The notes beneath the pieces were generated by a model. It saw nothing but the letters and a program-made list of their open reading frames with translations, was not told where the DNA came from and did no database searches. The translations under genes and the position numbers were made by a program. Positions 44,283-52,767 of a stretch of 64,000 nucleotides of DNA are shown one piece after another. The stretch is from contig AP024673.1 in NCBI GenBank assembly GCA_025998675.1, forward strand, positions 323,520-387,519, written 5' to 3'. Numbering within the stretch: the stretch's first letter is position 1; every line of letters begins with the position of its first letter. Source of the DNA: Fimbriimonadales bacterium (lineage in GTDB: Bacteria; Armatimonadota; Fimbriimonadia; Fimbriimonadales; GBS-DC).

Positions 44283-45526
44283 TACCAGCTCCTGCCTGCG
44301 CCGCCGCCCCCAGACGACCCGCCGCCGAAACTGCCGCCGCCAGAGGAACGGCTCCCGCCCGACGACCAGCCGCCGCCGAAACCGCCCGACGAACGCCCGC
44401 TGCCCGAGGACCAGCCGCTATCGCCGGACGACCAGCCGCCAGTGGTCCAGCCGCCGCCGCGCGTGCGTCCCCACCATTCGTCGTCGAACCGCTCGCGTTT
44501 GGGCAGGATACGCTCGCGCTCTTCCGAGAAGTTGCAGCGCGGGTTCTTGCACTGGCGCAGGATGAGTTCCAGCCCTGTGCGCGTGTAGGTCGGCGCGCGT
44601 ACTACCCGCGCCGTCTCGCGCACGGTCATGCCGTCGCACTTCGGACAGCGGTTGTAGGCGTTCAGCAGCGCGACCTTGCGAAAGATCTCCAGCGTGTCGC
44701 ATGCGTCGCACCGCCACACGAGGTAGTTCACGCTGCCCAGTTGCTCTTCGGCGCGCTGGAGTTCATTCAGGTAGGCGTCGTCGGCTTGCTCGTCCAGCAG
44801 GCGCATCCGCTGCTGGCAGGTGGGGCACTTCGGCGGTCGCTCGCGCAGGGCATACGCCAGCAGCCCCAGCGCGCCGCCGCCCAGCAGCAGGATACCGCCG
44901 ATGGGCAACGCGGGCTGCGGATTGTACGGCTCTCTGGTAATGGGCGACGGTTCGCGCGTATCGTAGCTCCGAGGAGTGTAGGGGAGGGTTGGCGCGGTTG
45001 GCTCATACGCGCCCGACTGCTGCGCGTCGCGGATTCGGTCGGCAATCGCCTCTACGCCTGCTATTACGCCGCCCGCAATATCGCCCGCGCGGAAGCGGGG
45101 CACGACCGCCGTGTCCAGTATCTCGCCCGCGACGGCGTCGGGCAGGATGGCTTCCATCCCGTAGCCTGTCTCGATTTCCACGCGCCGATCGCCCAGCGCG
45201 ACCAGCATCAGCACGCCGTTGTCCGCGTCGCGCTTGCCCACGCCCCAGCGGTTGAACAGCTCGGTGGCATACTCTTTGGGGGTAGCGCCCTGCGTGCGGC
45301 GCAAAATCACGACGGCGATTTCCGCCCCTGTGTCGCGCTCCAGCTGGTCAATCGTGCGGTTCAGCGCAGCTTTCTGTTGCGGGTTCAGCACACCCGCCAT
45401 GTCCACCACCCAGCCCCCGTCTGTCGCGCGCGGGTTGGGCACGCGCGCTATCGGCTGGCTCCAGCCCCCCAGCACGCCGAGCAGCACTATTGCGCTCAGT
45501 ACCCAGCGTCCCCATAATCCTTGCAT
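44282..45526 (-). CDS. TPM-domain (YgcG-like) protein with zinc-ribbon and Gly/Ser/Trp-rich tail
   Basis: Signal/TM, then 'VVDMAGVLNPQQKAALNRTIDQLERDTGAEIAVVILRR...GVLMLVALGDRRVEIETGYG' (TPM fold). Then a TM, CPTC...CDAC...CPKC...C..PRC, and the tail 'GGGWTTGGWSSGDSGWSSGSGRSSGGFGGGW'. ATG 45526 was chosen. Confidence 0.7.
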   Translation of the reverse strand: MQGLWGRWVLSAIVLLGVLGGWSQPIARVPNPRATDGGWVVDMAGVLNPQQKAALNRTIDQLERDTGAEIAVVILRRTQGATPKEYATELFNRWGVGKRDADNGVLMLVALGDRRVEIETGYGMEAILPDAVAGEILDTAVVPRFRAGDIAGGVIAGVEAIADRIRDAQQSGAYEPTAPTLPYTPRSYDTREPSPITREPYNPQPALPIGGILLLGGGALGLLAYALRERPPKCPTCQQRMRLLDEQADDAYLNELQRAEEQLGSVNYLVWRCDACDTLEIFRKVALLNAYNRCPKCDGMTVRETARVVRAPTYTRTGLELILRQCKNPRCNFSEERERILPKRERFDDEWWGRTRGGGWTTGGWSSGDSGWSSGSGRSSGGFGGGWSSGGSRSSGGGSFGGGSSGGGGAGRSW

Positions 45527-45595
45527 GCCTGTTCCCCAGCAGGAGATTATACCTGAGCAGGAAAGTGCAGGCGACACGCGAATTGCCGTTTCACT

Positions 45596-47653
45596 ATGCG
45601 CCGATGCATTCCGCTGTGGGGACTCCCGTTGCTGCTGGCGACCGCCGGCGCCGATCGGCTCGTGCTGCATGATGGGCGCGTGATTGAGAACTGCTACATT
45701 CGCGACGAGGGCGTGCGCCTGGTGGTGTGGAAACGGCTCGAAGATGTGGGCACGGACCGCTGGACAATCTACCCGCGCCGACTGGTCAAAGAGTTCCAGA
45801 TTGAACGCGACGCGGCGTGGGACGCCAAGCCGAACCTGCCTGACCTGACCATCACGCATATTGAGCTGAACCCCAAGCTCGCGGGGCTGCACGGGCGCGT
45901 CGAGTACGACCAGTACGGACGCCCCCGAATTGCAGGCGGCTCACTGCCCGACCTCGGCGAACGCGCCTACATGCAGCCCGAAGCCGTCGTGCAGGGGCTG
46001 AAGTTCCAGTATACGCCCGGCGAGACCCTCACGATGACCGCGCATGTGAAAAATGTGGGCTTCGCCGACGCCGCGCCCTTCGAGTATGTCTGGCGCGTCG
46101 ACGACAAGGAGATTGCCCGCGGGCGCGTCACGAAACGGCTCAAACCGCAGGAACGCATCGAGCTGCAGACCCGCTGGCAGTGGCAGGAGGGGTTCCACCA
46201 TGTGCAGTTCCAGATTCTCACCAACCAGCGCGAAATCGCCACGATTAATAACCAGATTACCGACCCGCTGTGGGGCTTCGCGTTTTTCTACATCGTCCAC
46301 AAGGAGCGCGTGAAGGTGTGGAACGAGTTCCGCAACGCCTACGGTACTTTCGCGTGGGAGGACTACTACCGCTGGCATCTGGAGATTATGAACCTTTTGT
46401 TCGAGCAGAGCGTATACCCCTCCGCGCCGGAGGGGATTAAGGCGCGCGTGCGGCTGGATCGGATTATCTACGCGGATGACATCGACGAAGCGGTGCGCAA
46501 CCGCTTCTCGGCGGACGGAATCGCCTACGATCAGGGCGGCTGGATTTTCGTGAGCGACGAAGACCGCGCCCGCACATGGAAAGCGCCCGAACCGCAGTGG
46601 CGCAACAATACCGAGTGGTCGCTGCCGCACGAGCTGGGACACCAGCTGGGGCTGACCGACCTGTATGTGCTGGACTATCACGGGCACGAGAACCACCGCA
46701 TGCCCGACAACGGCGACATGCTGACCCATTACTATCGCGGCTACAAGACCATGATGCACTGGCACGGTCCGCACCTGTGGTCGGAGGTGTGCGCGGGGTA
46801 TCTGAACCGCACATGGAACAAGCCGCGCGGGCACTTCGGCGACTACTACTTCGCGCTGCCTGCCGAGAACTTCCTGCAGGTGGTGGATGTGAACGGGTTG
46901 CCTGTGGCGGGCGCGCGGGTGGAGATATTCCAGCGCGGCGTGGTGGTGGACACGAGCCAGCCGCCCCAGCAACAGGCGGGCGTGCGCTTCTACGCGGTGG
47001 TCGAAGACGGCAACTTCGGGCATCCCGTCTCCAGCGATCCCGTGATTGTGGGCGAGACCGACGCGCAGGGGCTGCTGCGCCTGCCGAACCGCCCCGTGCA
47101 GGAGGTGCGCACGCTCAACGGCTACCATCGCCGCCCCAACCCGTTCGGCAACATCAATGTCGTGGGGCAGCGCGGGCTGCTGCTCGTGCGCATCACCCAA
47201 CACGACCGCCCCTGCTACTACTGGCTGGAGATTACCGATTTCCTGATTGCCTATCTGCGCGGACACACGGAGCGGTACACCCTCACCCTGCGCACGCCCT
47301 ACGGCTCGCCCGACTCGCCGCCCGCGCCGCGCAATCTGCAGGTAGAGCGCATCGACGAACATCAGGTGCGCCTGCGCTGGGACGCGCCCGAAATCACGCG
47401 CGACCAGCACTCCAACGACATCATCGTGGCGTATCGGGTCTACCGGCGCGTCTCCAGCGACGGGCTGAACGACCGCCCGTGGTTCCCGGTGGCGACCCTG
47501 ACGCCCGACACGCGCAGCGCGGTCATCGACCTGCGGCTGCAGATGCATCAGGACCTCTACTGGTTCTCGAACGCCAATCGCTTCGCCGTTTCGACGGTGG
47601 GCACGGGCGGCGTGGAGAGCGCGCTGGTGGAAATCGTGCTGCCGAGGGAATAA
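45596..47653 (+). CDS. Secreted HExxH metallopeptidase-like protein with a C-terminal FN3 domain
   Basis: Signal peptide 'MRRCIPLWGLPLLLATAGA', 'WSLPHELGHQLGLTDLY', and FN3-like 'PPAPRNLQVERIDEHQVRLRWDAPE'. Confidence 0.6.
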   Translation: MRRCIPLWGLPLLLATAGADRLVLHDGRVIENCYIRDEGVRLVVWKRLEDVGTDRWTIYPRRLVKEFQIERDAAWDAKPNLPDLTITHIELNPKLAGLHGRVEYDQYGRPRIAGGSLPDLGERAYMQPEAVVQGLKFQYTPGETLTMTAHVKNVGFADAAPFEYVWRVDDKEIARGRVTKRLKPQERIELQTRWQWQEGFHHVQFQILTNQREIATINNQITDPLWGFAFFYIVHKERVKVWNEFRNAYGTFAWEDYYRWHLEIMNLLFEQSVYPSAPEGIKARVRLDRIIYADDIDEAVRNRFSADGIAYDQGGWIFVSDEDRARTWKAPEPQWRNNTEWSLPHELGHQLGLTDLYVLDYHGHENHRMPDNGDMLTHYYRGYKTMMHWHGPHLWSEVCAGYLNRTWNKPRGHFGDYYFALPAENFLQVVDVNGLPVAGARVEIFQRGVVVDTSQPPQQQAGVRFYAVVEDGNFGHPVSSDPVIVGETDAQGLLRLPNRPVQEVRTLNGYHRRPNPFGNINVVGQRGLLLVRITQHDRPCYYWLEITDFLIAYLRGHTERYTLTLRTPYGSPDSPPAPRNLQVERIDEHQVRLRWDAPEITRDQHSNDIIVAYRVYRRVSSDGLNDRPWFPVATLTPDTRSAVIDLRLQMHQDLYWFSNANRFAVSTVGTGGVESALVEIVLPRE

Positions 47654-47677
47654 GTGGCTTGCGCTCCCGTTGCGTCA

Positions 47678-47758
47678 GGTGCGCGAAGCGCCGTTGATAT
47701 GGAGTGTGCGGAAGCGGAGCTTCCGCATGCTGAAGCTCCCGCTTCAGCACTCCAAAGG
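47678..47758 (+). repeat. Extragenic palindromic element, family 1, full copy
   Basis: ggtgcgcgaagcgccgttgaTATGGAGTGtg-CGGAAGCggaGCTTCCG-cat-GCTGAAGCtcccGCTTCAGC-ACTCCAAAGG, lying between convergent genes. Confidence 0.85.
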
Positions 47759-47815
47759 GCGCGCCTACGCGCACGCGCGGATAGAGCGGCTGCTGAAAAC
47801 TTACCGCAACCGCAC

Positions 47816-48124
47816 TCAGCCCCCTAGCTCGCGCGTGAGCCACCCGGCGAAGTCGGCGTTCACACTGGCGAGCGGGATCTCGCCCACGAAGTGCGTGTAA
47901 TCGATGTGGCGGCGGGCGATGGCTTCTATCTGTTCGCGCACGCCCGCACGCGCCTTCACAATCAGCACGGTCTCCGACTCCTGCTGCACTGCGCCCTCCC
48001 ACAGGTAGGCGCAGGTGATGGGGAACCAGTTCGTGCAGACGGCGACCTTCTCGCGCAGGAGGTCATGAGCGACCGCCTGCGCCTGGTCAGGCTGGCTGAA
48101 GGTCAGGTAATACAGCGCAAGCAT
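47816..48124 (-). CDS. cutA: Divalent-cation tolerance protein CutA
   Basis: 102 aa. 'AHDLLREKVAVCTNWFPITCAYLWEGAVQQESETVLIVK'. Confidence 0.85.
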   Translation of the reverse strand: MLALYYLTFSQPDQAQAVAHDLLREKVAVCTNWFPITCAYLWEGAVQQESETVLIVKARAGVREQIEAIARRHIDYTHFVGEIPLASVNADFAGWLTRELGG

Positions 48125-48126
48125 GG

Positions 48127-49434
48127 CTACCGTCGTCGCGCGCCGCGCACCATGCGCTCCACCGCGTCGGGTTCGCGCGGCAGCGCACGGCTCAGGTTCT
48201 CCACGCCGCTCTCGGTCACCAGATAGTCGTCCTCAATCCGAATGCCGATGCCCTCCGACGGGATATACAGCCCGGGCTCGATGGTGAACACCATGCCGGG
48301 GCGCAGGGGCTGGTTCGGGTCGAGGTCATGCACATCCATGCCCATCATATGCGACAGTCCATGCACGAAGAATCGGTCGAGGGTCTGCTCGTTGCCGTTC
48401 TCGTCTTTCGCGCGGAGTTTGTGATTGCGGAAGAATTCCACCACCTTCTGATGGAGTTCGCGCAGGGTGATGCCGGGTTTGGCTTCCTTCTCGGCGTATT
48501 TCATCGCGTCCAGTACGGCGATGTAGAGTTCGCGCTGGCGCGGGGTGAATTTGCCGGAGGCGGGGTAGGTGCGCGTGATGTCGGCGGTGTAGTAGGAGTA
48601 TTCCGCGCCGATGTCCACCAGCACCAGCTCGTTCGCCTGCACCTGTCGCTTGTTCGCGTTGTAGTGCAGGATGCAGGCGTTCGGTCCGGAGCCGATAATC
48701 ATCGGGTAGCCCTCGCGTTCGGAGCCGTGTCGGCGGAACGCTTCCTGCGCCGCGCCTTCGAGTTCGTATTCGTAGACGCCGGGCGCGAGCCGCTGGGCGA
48801 GTGCGCGATGCCCTGCGATGCTGGCGGCGACCGCTTTGCGCAGCAGGGCGATTTCGGCGGGCGATTTGACCACGCGCATGGGCGCCATCAGGCGATCCAC
48901 ACTCGTTATCTGCGCCTCAGGGTTCGCCTCGCGGATGGCGTCCGTTAGCAGCGTGCGCGCGGGGCGGTTCACCAGCACGCGCGGATGTACCTTCAACGCC
49001 TCCGCCAGAAACGCGCTCAGCTCACTGCGCTCGCGGATGTCCTCGATGCCTGTCTCGCGGCGCGTCTGGTCGTTCGGTTCGGGGAGCGGTCCCTCGAACA
49101 GGCGCGACACGCGCGACTGACGCGGCAAAAACAGCACGACGCGCTCCTCCAGCGGGCTATCGTCGGGCAGGATGACCAGCACGCTGTTCATCGCCTCCAG
49201 CCCCGTGAGGTACATGAAGTTGTTGTCCTGTCGGAACCGCATTCGGGTGGGCGGGCTGGTCTCGCTGGCGAAAATGGCAATCTGGTCGCTCTCCAGCGTC
49301 TGGCGGAGTTGCTCGCGTCGCTGGGCGTACTCGGAGACGGGAATGCCCCACAGCGTGGGCGTCTCGCCGACAGCGTACAGGCTCTGGCTAATCAGAATCA
49401 GCCCCAGAATCCAGACAAGCGATGGGCGTCGCAT
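48127..49434 (-). CDS. Xaa-Pro aminopeptidase (M24B), secreted
   Basis: 'VLVDIGAEYSYYTADITRT', 'HGLSHMMGMDVHD' and 'EPGLYIPSEGIGIRIEDD'. ATG 49434 gives the signal peptide 'MRRPSLVWILGLILISQSLYA'. Confidence 0.85.
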   Translation of the reverse strand: MRRPSLVWILGLILISQSLYAVGETPTLWGIPVSEYAQRREQLRQTLESDQIAIFASETSPPTRMRFRQDNNFMYLTGLEAMNSVLVILPDDSPLEERVVLFLPRQSRVSRLFEGPLPEPNDQTRRETGIEDIRERSELSAFLAEALKVHPRVLVNRPARTLLTDAIREANPEAQITSVDRLMAPMRVVKSPAEIALLRKAVAASIAGHRALAQRLAPGVYEYELEGAAQEAFRRHGSEREGYPMIIGSGPNACILHYNANKRQVQANELVLVDIGAEYSYYTADITRTYPASGKFTPRQRELYIAVLDAMKYAEKEAKPGITLRELHQKVVEFFRNHKLRAKDENGNEQTLDRFFVHGLSHMMGMDVHDLDPNQPLRPGMVFTIEPGLYIPSEGIGIRIEDDYLVTESGVENLSRALPREPDAVERMVRGARRR

Positions 49435-49504
49435 AATAAGAGTGTACCCGCTGCACGCGCGTGCAGACACCTGGGATGTGCGCCGGTCTTCACGGGCTGT
49501 ATCT

Positions 49505-49541
49505 GTATAGCGTGCAGAAGCGCCGCTTCCGCACGCTATAC
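49505..49541. repeat. Variant of the family-1 short palindrome
   Basis: GTATAGCGTGCaGAAGC-gcc-GCTTCcGCACGCTATAC. Same CGGAAGC-type hairpin core but with a different outer stem and one mismatch. Confidence 0.6.
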
Positions 49542-49576
49542 TTGACAGGCGTGTTGCGAATATAACGCAAAGGCAC

Positions 49577-51250
49577 TTAACACCCTTCTCCGAACGCGAA
49601 CAGCGCCATCAGCAGGTCGGCGTCGTCCACGATGCCGTCCCTGTTCGCGTCGGCGTCGGGGTCGTCACTGCCGAAGGCGAACAACACCGTTAGCAGATCC
49701 GCGTCATCCACGCAGCCGTCGCCGTTCATATCGCCGGGCACAATCCGAACCACAAGCGAAGGTCCATCCGCTTGCCCGTCGAAGGGCGTGATTTCGCACT
49801 CCAGCAGGTCGCCGGGCTGATAGATGCCCCAGGGAATCGCGTCCGAATGAGCCGCGATGGTTTCCTGGCGAACCGTGTTGCCGTTCACGCGCCATGTATA
49901 CCGGTAGCGAACCAGATCGTAATCGGGGTCATCGACGAGAACCGAGGTATTCAGGCGGCAGAAGATTGCGTCGCCGGCGCCCGGTCGAGGCGGATCAAAA
50001 GCCGCCGCTTCGATGGCAAAGGGCGGGCGGTTGACGATTTCTGGCTGCGTGGCGACCACCTTGAAGGGCGCGTCCATCATCAACTGATTGTTGATAAACA
50101 ACTGAACGCGCCATGTGCCGACAATATTCGGGTTGAGATTGTATCTCCACCACCACCACGCCGTGGAGTACGGGACATTGTTGCCAAAGTTGCGGTTGCC
50201 ACTGTTGAATGCTAAGGTTCCATCTGGATACAGAAAGCGCACGCGCCAGGTGCTGTTAGCCGGCAGGTTGACAAGCACGATCCACCAGCTGACAAAGGGC
50301 GCGCTGCTCAGGAAAGTGCCCGTGCGGGGCATGTCGTAGGGCAAGCCCGGATAGTTTGCAATCAGCACATCCGTCATGTTGAAATCCCATAAGGACATAT
50401 CACGACGGATGGGAACCTGATTGACCCAGTAACTCTGCCCCGGTCGGCAAGTTCCTGCGTGCGGCTCATAAGGAGTCAGCGGATCGCCGTACGCCGACTC
50501 AAAGTACAGACGGGGAAGGCGGCTGCATCCGCTGCTGCCGGTGAGACCCAGTTGCTGACCGGCGCGCACCGTCTGGTTGACGGCAACCGCCACACTGCCA
50601 TTCCGCAGATGGGCATAGATGCTGTAATGGGCGCCGCCATGCCAGAGGACAACGCTGTTACCGAGGGGGTCCTCCTGACAAGAGGCGTTGTAATCAGCGT
50701 ACCCATCCATAGTGAAAACTACCACTCCATCCAGCGCGGCATACACCGGCACGCCAATATCCTGTTCACCGTAGTTGAAGGTTCGAAGGAACGAGGTTTG
50801 CCCGGTACTCCCATCGATAGCGTAATCGGTGCAGTCCCAATCCAGAACGCTGCCGGAGACAGGGTCGAGATCAACATAAAGGGTGGCGAGATCACGCCAG
50901 AGATTTCCCGCCTGCGGGTAGAAGGGATAGGGTGCAGGTCCGCCGGCAGGATGAAAGGAATAGCCGTACCGGGCGTGATAGTCGGCGATCCCCTGCATGA
51001 TGCGCGCCCACTGTTCCGGCGAGATGCCTTCTTGTAAAGCGGGATCGTAGGCGAACAGGGAGCCGCCTCCAAATTCGTAGGTCGGAGGTCTGGAGAGTTC
51101 TCTTAGCGCACCCAGCCAGCTGAGGCTCTGGGCATTCAACAGGGTCGGTGTGCCAAGCATCCCGCTCAGCACCAGCACAAACAGCCATCCTCGCGCCGGC
51201 AGTCTCTGCGGCGCCGATCTTCTCGAACTGCATCTTGTGTGTTTCATCAT
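49577..51250 (-). CDS. Secreted degenerate LytM/M23-domain protein with Ig-like domains and a C-terminal dockerin-like module
   Basis: AGGAG RBS before the MM at 51245-51250, with a signal peptide. M23-like 'GNSVVLWHGGAHYSIYAHLRNGSVAVAVNQTVRAGQQLGLTGSSGCSRLPRLYFE', but HxxxD is replaced by 'DYAID' and HxH by 'RLY'. Confidence 0.6.
   Translation of the reverse strand: MMKHTRCSSRRSAPQRLPARGWLFVLVLSGMLGTPTLLNAQSLSWLGALRELSRPPTYEFGGGSLFAYDPALQEGISPEQWARIMQGIADYHARYGYSFHPAGGPAPYPFYPQAGNLWRDLATLYVDLDPVSGSVLDWDCTDYAIDGSTGQTSFLRTFNYGEQDIGVPVYAALDGVVVFTMDGYADYNASCQEDPLGNSVVLWHGGAHYSIYAHLRNGSVAVAVNQTVRAGQQLGLTGSSGCSRLPRLYFESAYGDPLTPYEPHAGTCRPGQSYWVNQVPIRRDMSLWDFNMTDVLIANYPGLPYDMPRTGTFLSSAPFVSWWIVLVNLPANSTWRVRFLYPDGTLAFNSGNRNFGNNVPYSTAWWWWRYNLNPNIVGTWRVQLFINNQLMMDAPFKVVATQPEIVNRPPFAIEAAAFDPPRPGAGDAIFCRLNTSVLVDDPDYDLVRYRYTWRVNGNTVRQETIAAHSDAIPWGIYQPGDLLECEITPFDGQADGPSLVVRIVPGDMNGDGCVDDADLLTVLFAFGSDDPDADANRDGIVDDADLLMALFAFGEGC
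49580..49735 (-). repeat. Dockerin-like C-terminal module, DNA-level repeat of 52771-52926
   Basis: GDMNGDGCVDDADLLTVLFAFGSDDPDADANRDGIVDDADLLMALFAFGEGC*. By-eye nucleotide identity to the giant gene's tail is roughly 80-85%. Confidence 0.8.
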
Positions 51251-51321
51251 GTGTCTCCTGCGTTGCTTCTGGTTCCTCACTGGGGCTCAAGAGATTCAGC
51301 CGATGCCCCAGTCAGGCGTAT

Positions 51322-52731
51322 TTACCGCTGGCTCGGTTTACGGGCTTCCAGCTCCGATACGCGCTGCTCCAGGGCGGCGATACGCGCCTGTTGCTGCTTG
51401 ATGACTTCGTTGAGATAGAGCACCATCTTCTCGTAGTTCACCCCATCGGGACGCCCCTGCAGGTCGTACTCTACCAGACGATGCAGCCCCAGGTCATGCA
51501 CCTCCTCCGCGAGGTAGCCGATTTCCCAGCGGTTGGGATCGCCGCCGATGCGGGTGTAGGTCTTCGGCTGCAGAGAGAGGACTCTGGCGAAATCGTCCTC
51601 CAGCGGGGTGATGTTCTCTTTATAGCGGTGGCTGGAGGTGTCCCAGCCAATCTCGCCTGTCGACTGGTTCCACTGCATGTTGCGGAAGTCTCCGATGTTG
51701 CGCAGACCTGCGGCAGCGAGCCGTCCATCATCCTGGACCGCTAACAATGTAGTGCCGTCCGCTTTTTCGACGACGAAAGCATAGGTATGCCCGGTGTTCC
51801 GAATGGTGAAGTTTGAATTGCCATAAATGAAGCGATGCCCAATCCTGCCGTCAGGTGCGATGTAGAGATCCCAGCCGCCCGGCGGGTTGTTGTCGCCTGC
51901 AAGTCGTAGGTCATTAAAGCCCACAAGGCGGTCCAGTCCGAAGATGCTGGCATCATCAGCAACCCGAATGTTGCCGTTCACATGGAGCCTCTCGGTTGGA
52001 CTGCTTGTGCCGATGCCCACATTCCCCCCAGCAGCAAGAAACAGGCGCGCATCCGCCACCCCAGTCTCGGCGAAGTTAAGCCCATTCCCCAGATTGTTGA
52101 GATGCCATTTGTCCGCACCGGCGACGGTGTCCCTGAACTGGATCCATTCCGAATGAGTGCCGTGACCTCTAATGGTCAACGGGCGATTAAGATTGTCCGT
52201 GCGGATGCCGAAAAAACCCCAGTTGGTATTGACATTACCGTCGTCTAACCCGATTCGCAGCTTCGATACACCCGCTCTCACAAAATGGAAACTATCGTCC
52301 GAGTCACGGTATTGTAAGCCCCAGTTCGTAGAAGTGGGCGAATGGGCAATCACCATGCGGTCGGGATTGCCACCGCCGCTTTCGAACAGGCGCAGCGCGC
52401 TGGCATACGGCGTCGGGGTGATTTTCACACGGGGTGAAAGGGTCGTGGAACCCACCTGAATCTCCAGATAGCGGGTTCCCCCATCCCAGACCGAAGCGGG
52501 GAAGTTCAGCTCCACACTGAACAAGCCGTTGCTCACCGCAACATTCAGCGGTCCCACCGTGCCCAGCGGCGTCCCGCCAGTTGCCGCGTTATAGAGCCGA
52601 AAGGTCATCGAGAAGGCGCCGTTCGCAGGGCTGCCGCTGTCTTTCAGCATCCCCTGATAGGTGAACGGCTGGGCGCACGCGAGCGCCACGAGCATTATAA
52701 ATCCCAGACTGCAGAGCGTTATGCGTTTCAT
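51322..52731 (-). CDS. Tail-fibre-like secreted protein with a C-terminal intramolecular chaperone (peptidase S74-type) domain
   Basis: AGGAGG RBS and a signal peptide. N-terminus 'FTYQGMLKDSGSPANGAFSMTFRLYNAATGGTPLG...NGLFSVELNF...GTRYLEIQV'. C-terminus 'DTSSHRYKENITPLEDDFARVLSLQPKTYTR...IGYLAEEVHDLGL...VNYEKMVLYLNEVIKQQQARIAALEQRVSELE'. Confidence 0.75.
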   Translation of the reverse strand: MKRITLCSLGFIMLVALACAQPFTYQGMLKDSGSPANGAFSMTFRLYNAATGGTPLGTVGPLNVAVSNGLFSVELNFPASVWDGGTRYLEIQVGSTTLSPRVKITPTPYASALRLFESGGGNPDRMVIAHSPTSTNWGLQYRDSDDSFHFVRAGVSKLRIGLDDGNVNTNWGFFGIRTDNLNRPLTIRGHGTHSEWIQFRDTVAGADKWHLNNLGNGLNFAETGVADARLFLAAGGNVGIGTSSPTERLHVNGNIRVADDASIFGLDRLVGFNDLRLAGDNNPPGGWDLYIAPDGRIGHRFIYGNSNFTIRNTGHTYAFVVEKADGTTLLAVQDDGRLAAAGLRNIGDFRNMQWNQSTGEIGWDTSSHRYKENITPLEDDFARVLSLQPKTYTRIGGDPNRWEIGYLAEEVHDLGLHRLVEYDLQGRPDGVNYEKMVLYLNEVIKQQQARIAALEQRVSELEARKPSQR

Positions 52732-52767
52732 TGTCAGACCTCCTTCTGTCCTGTGAGAAGGCGGGCG

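Noticed and set aside
2605-49541. Possibility that the repeated palindromes form a CRISPR array
   Set aside because: The copies are dispersed kilobases apart in separate intergenic regions and lie in both orientations. There are no regularly spaced unique spacers and no cas genes.
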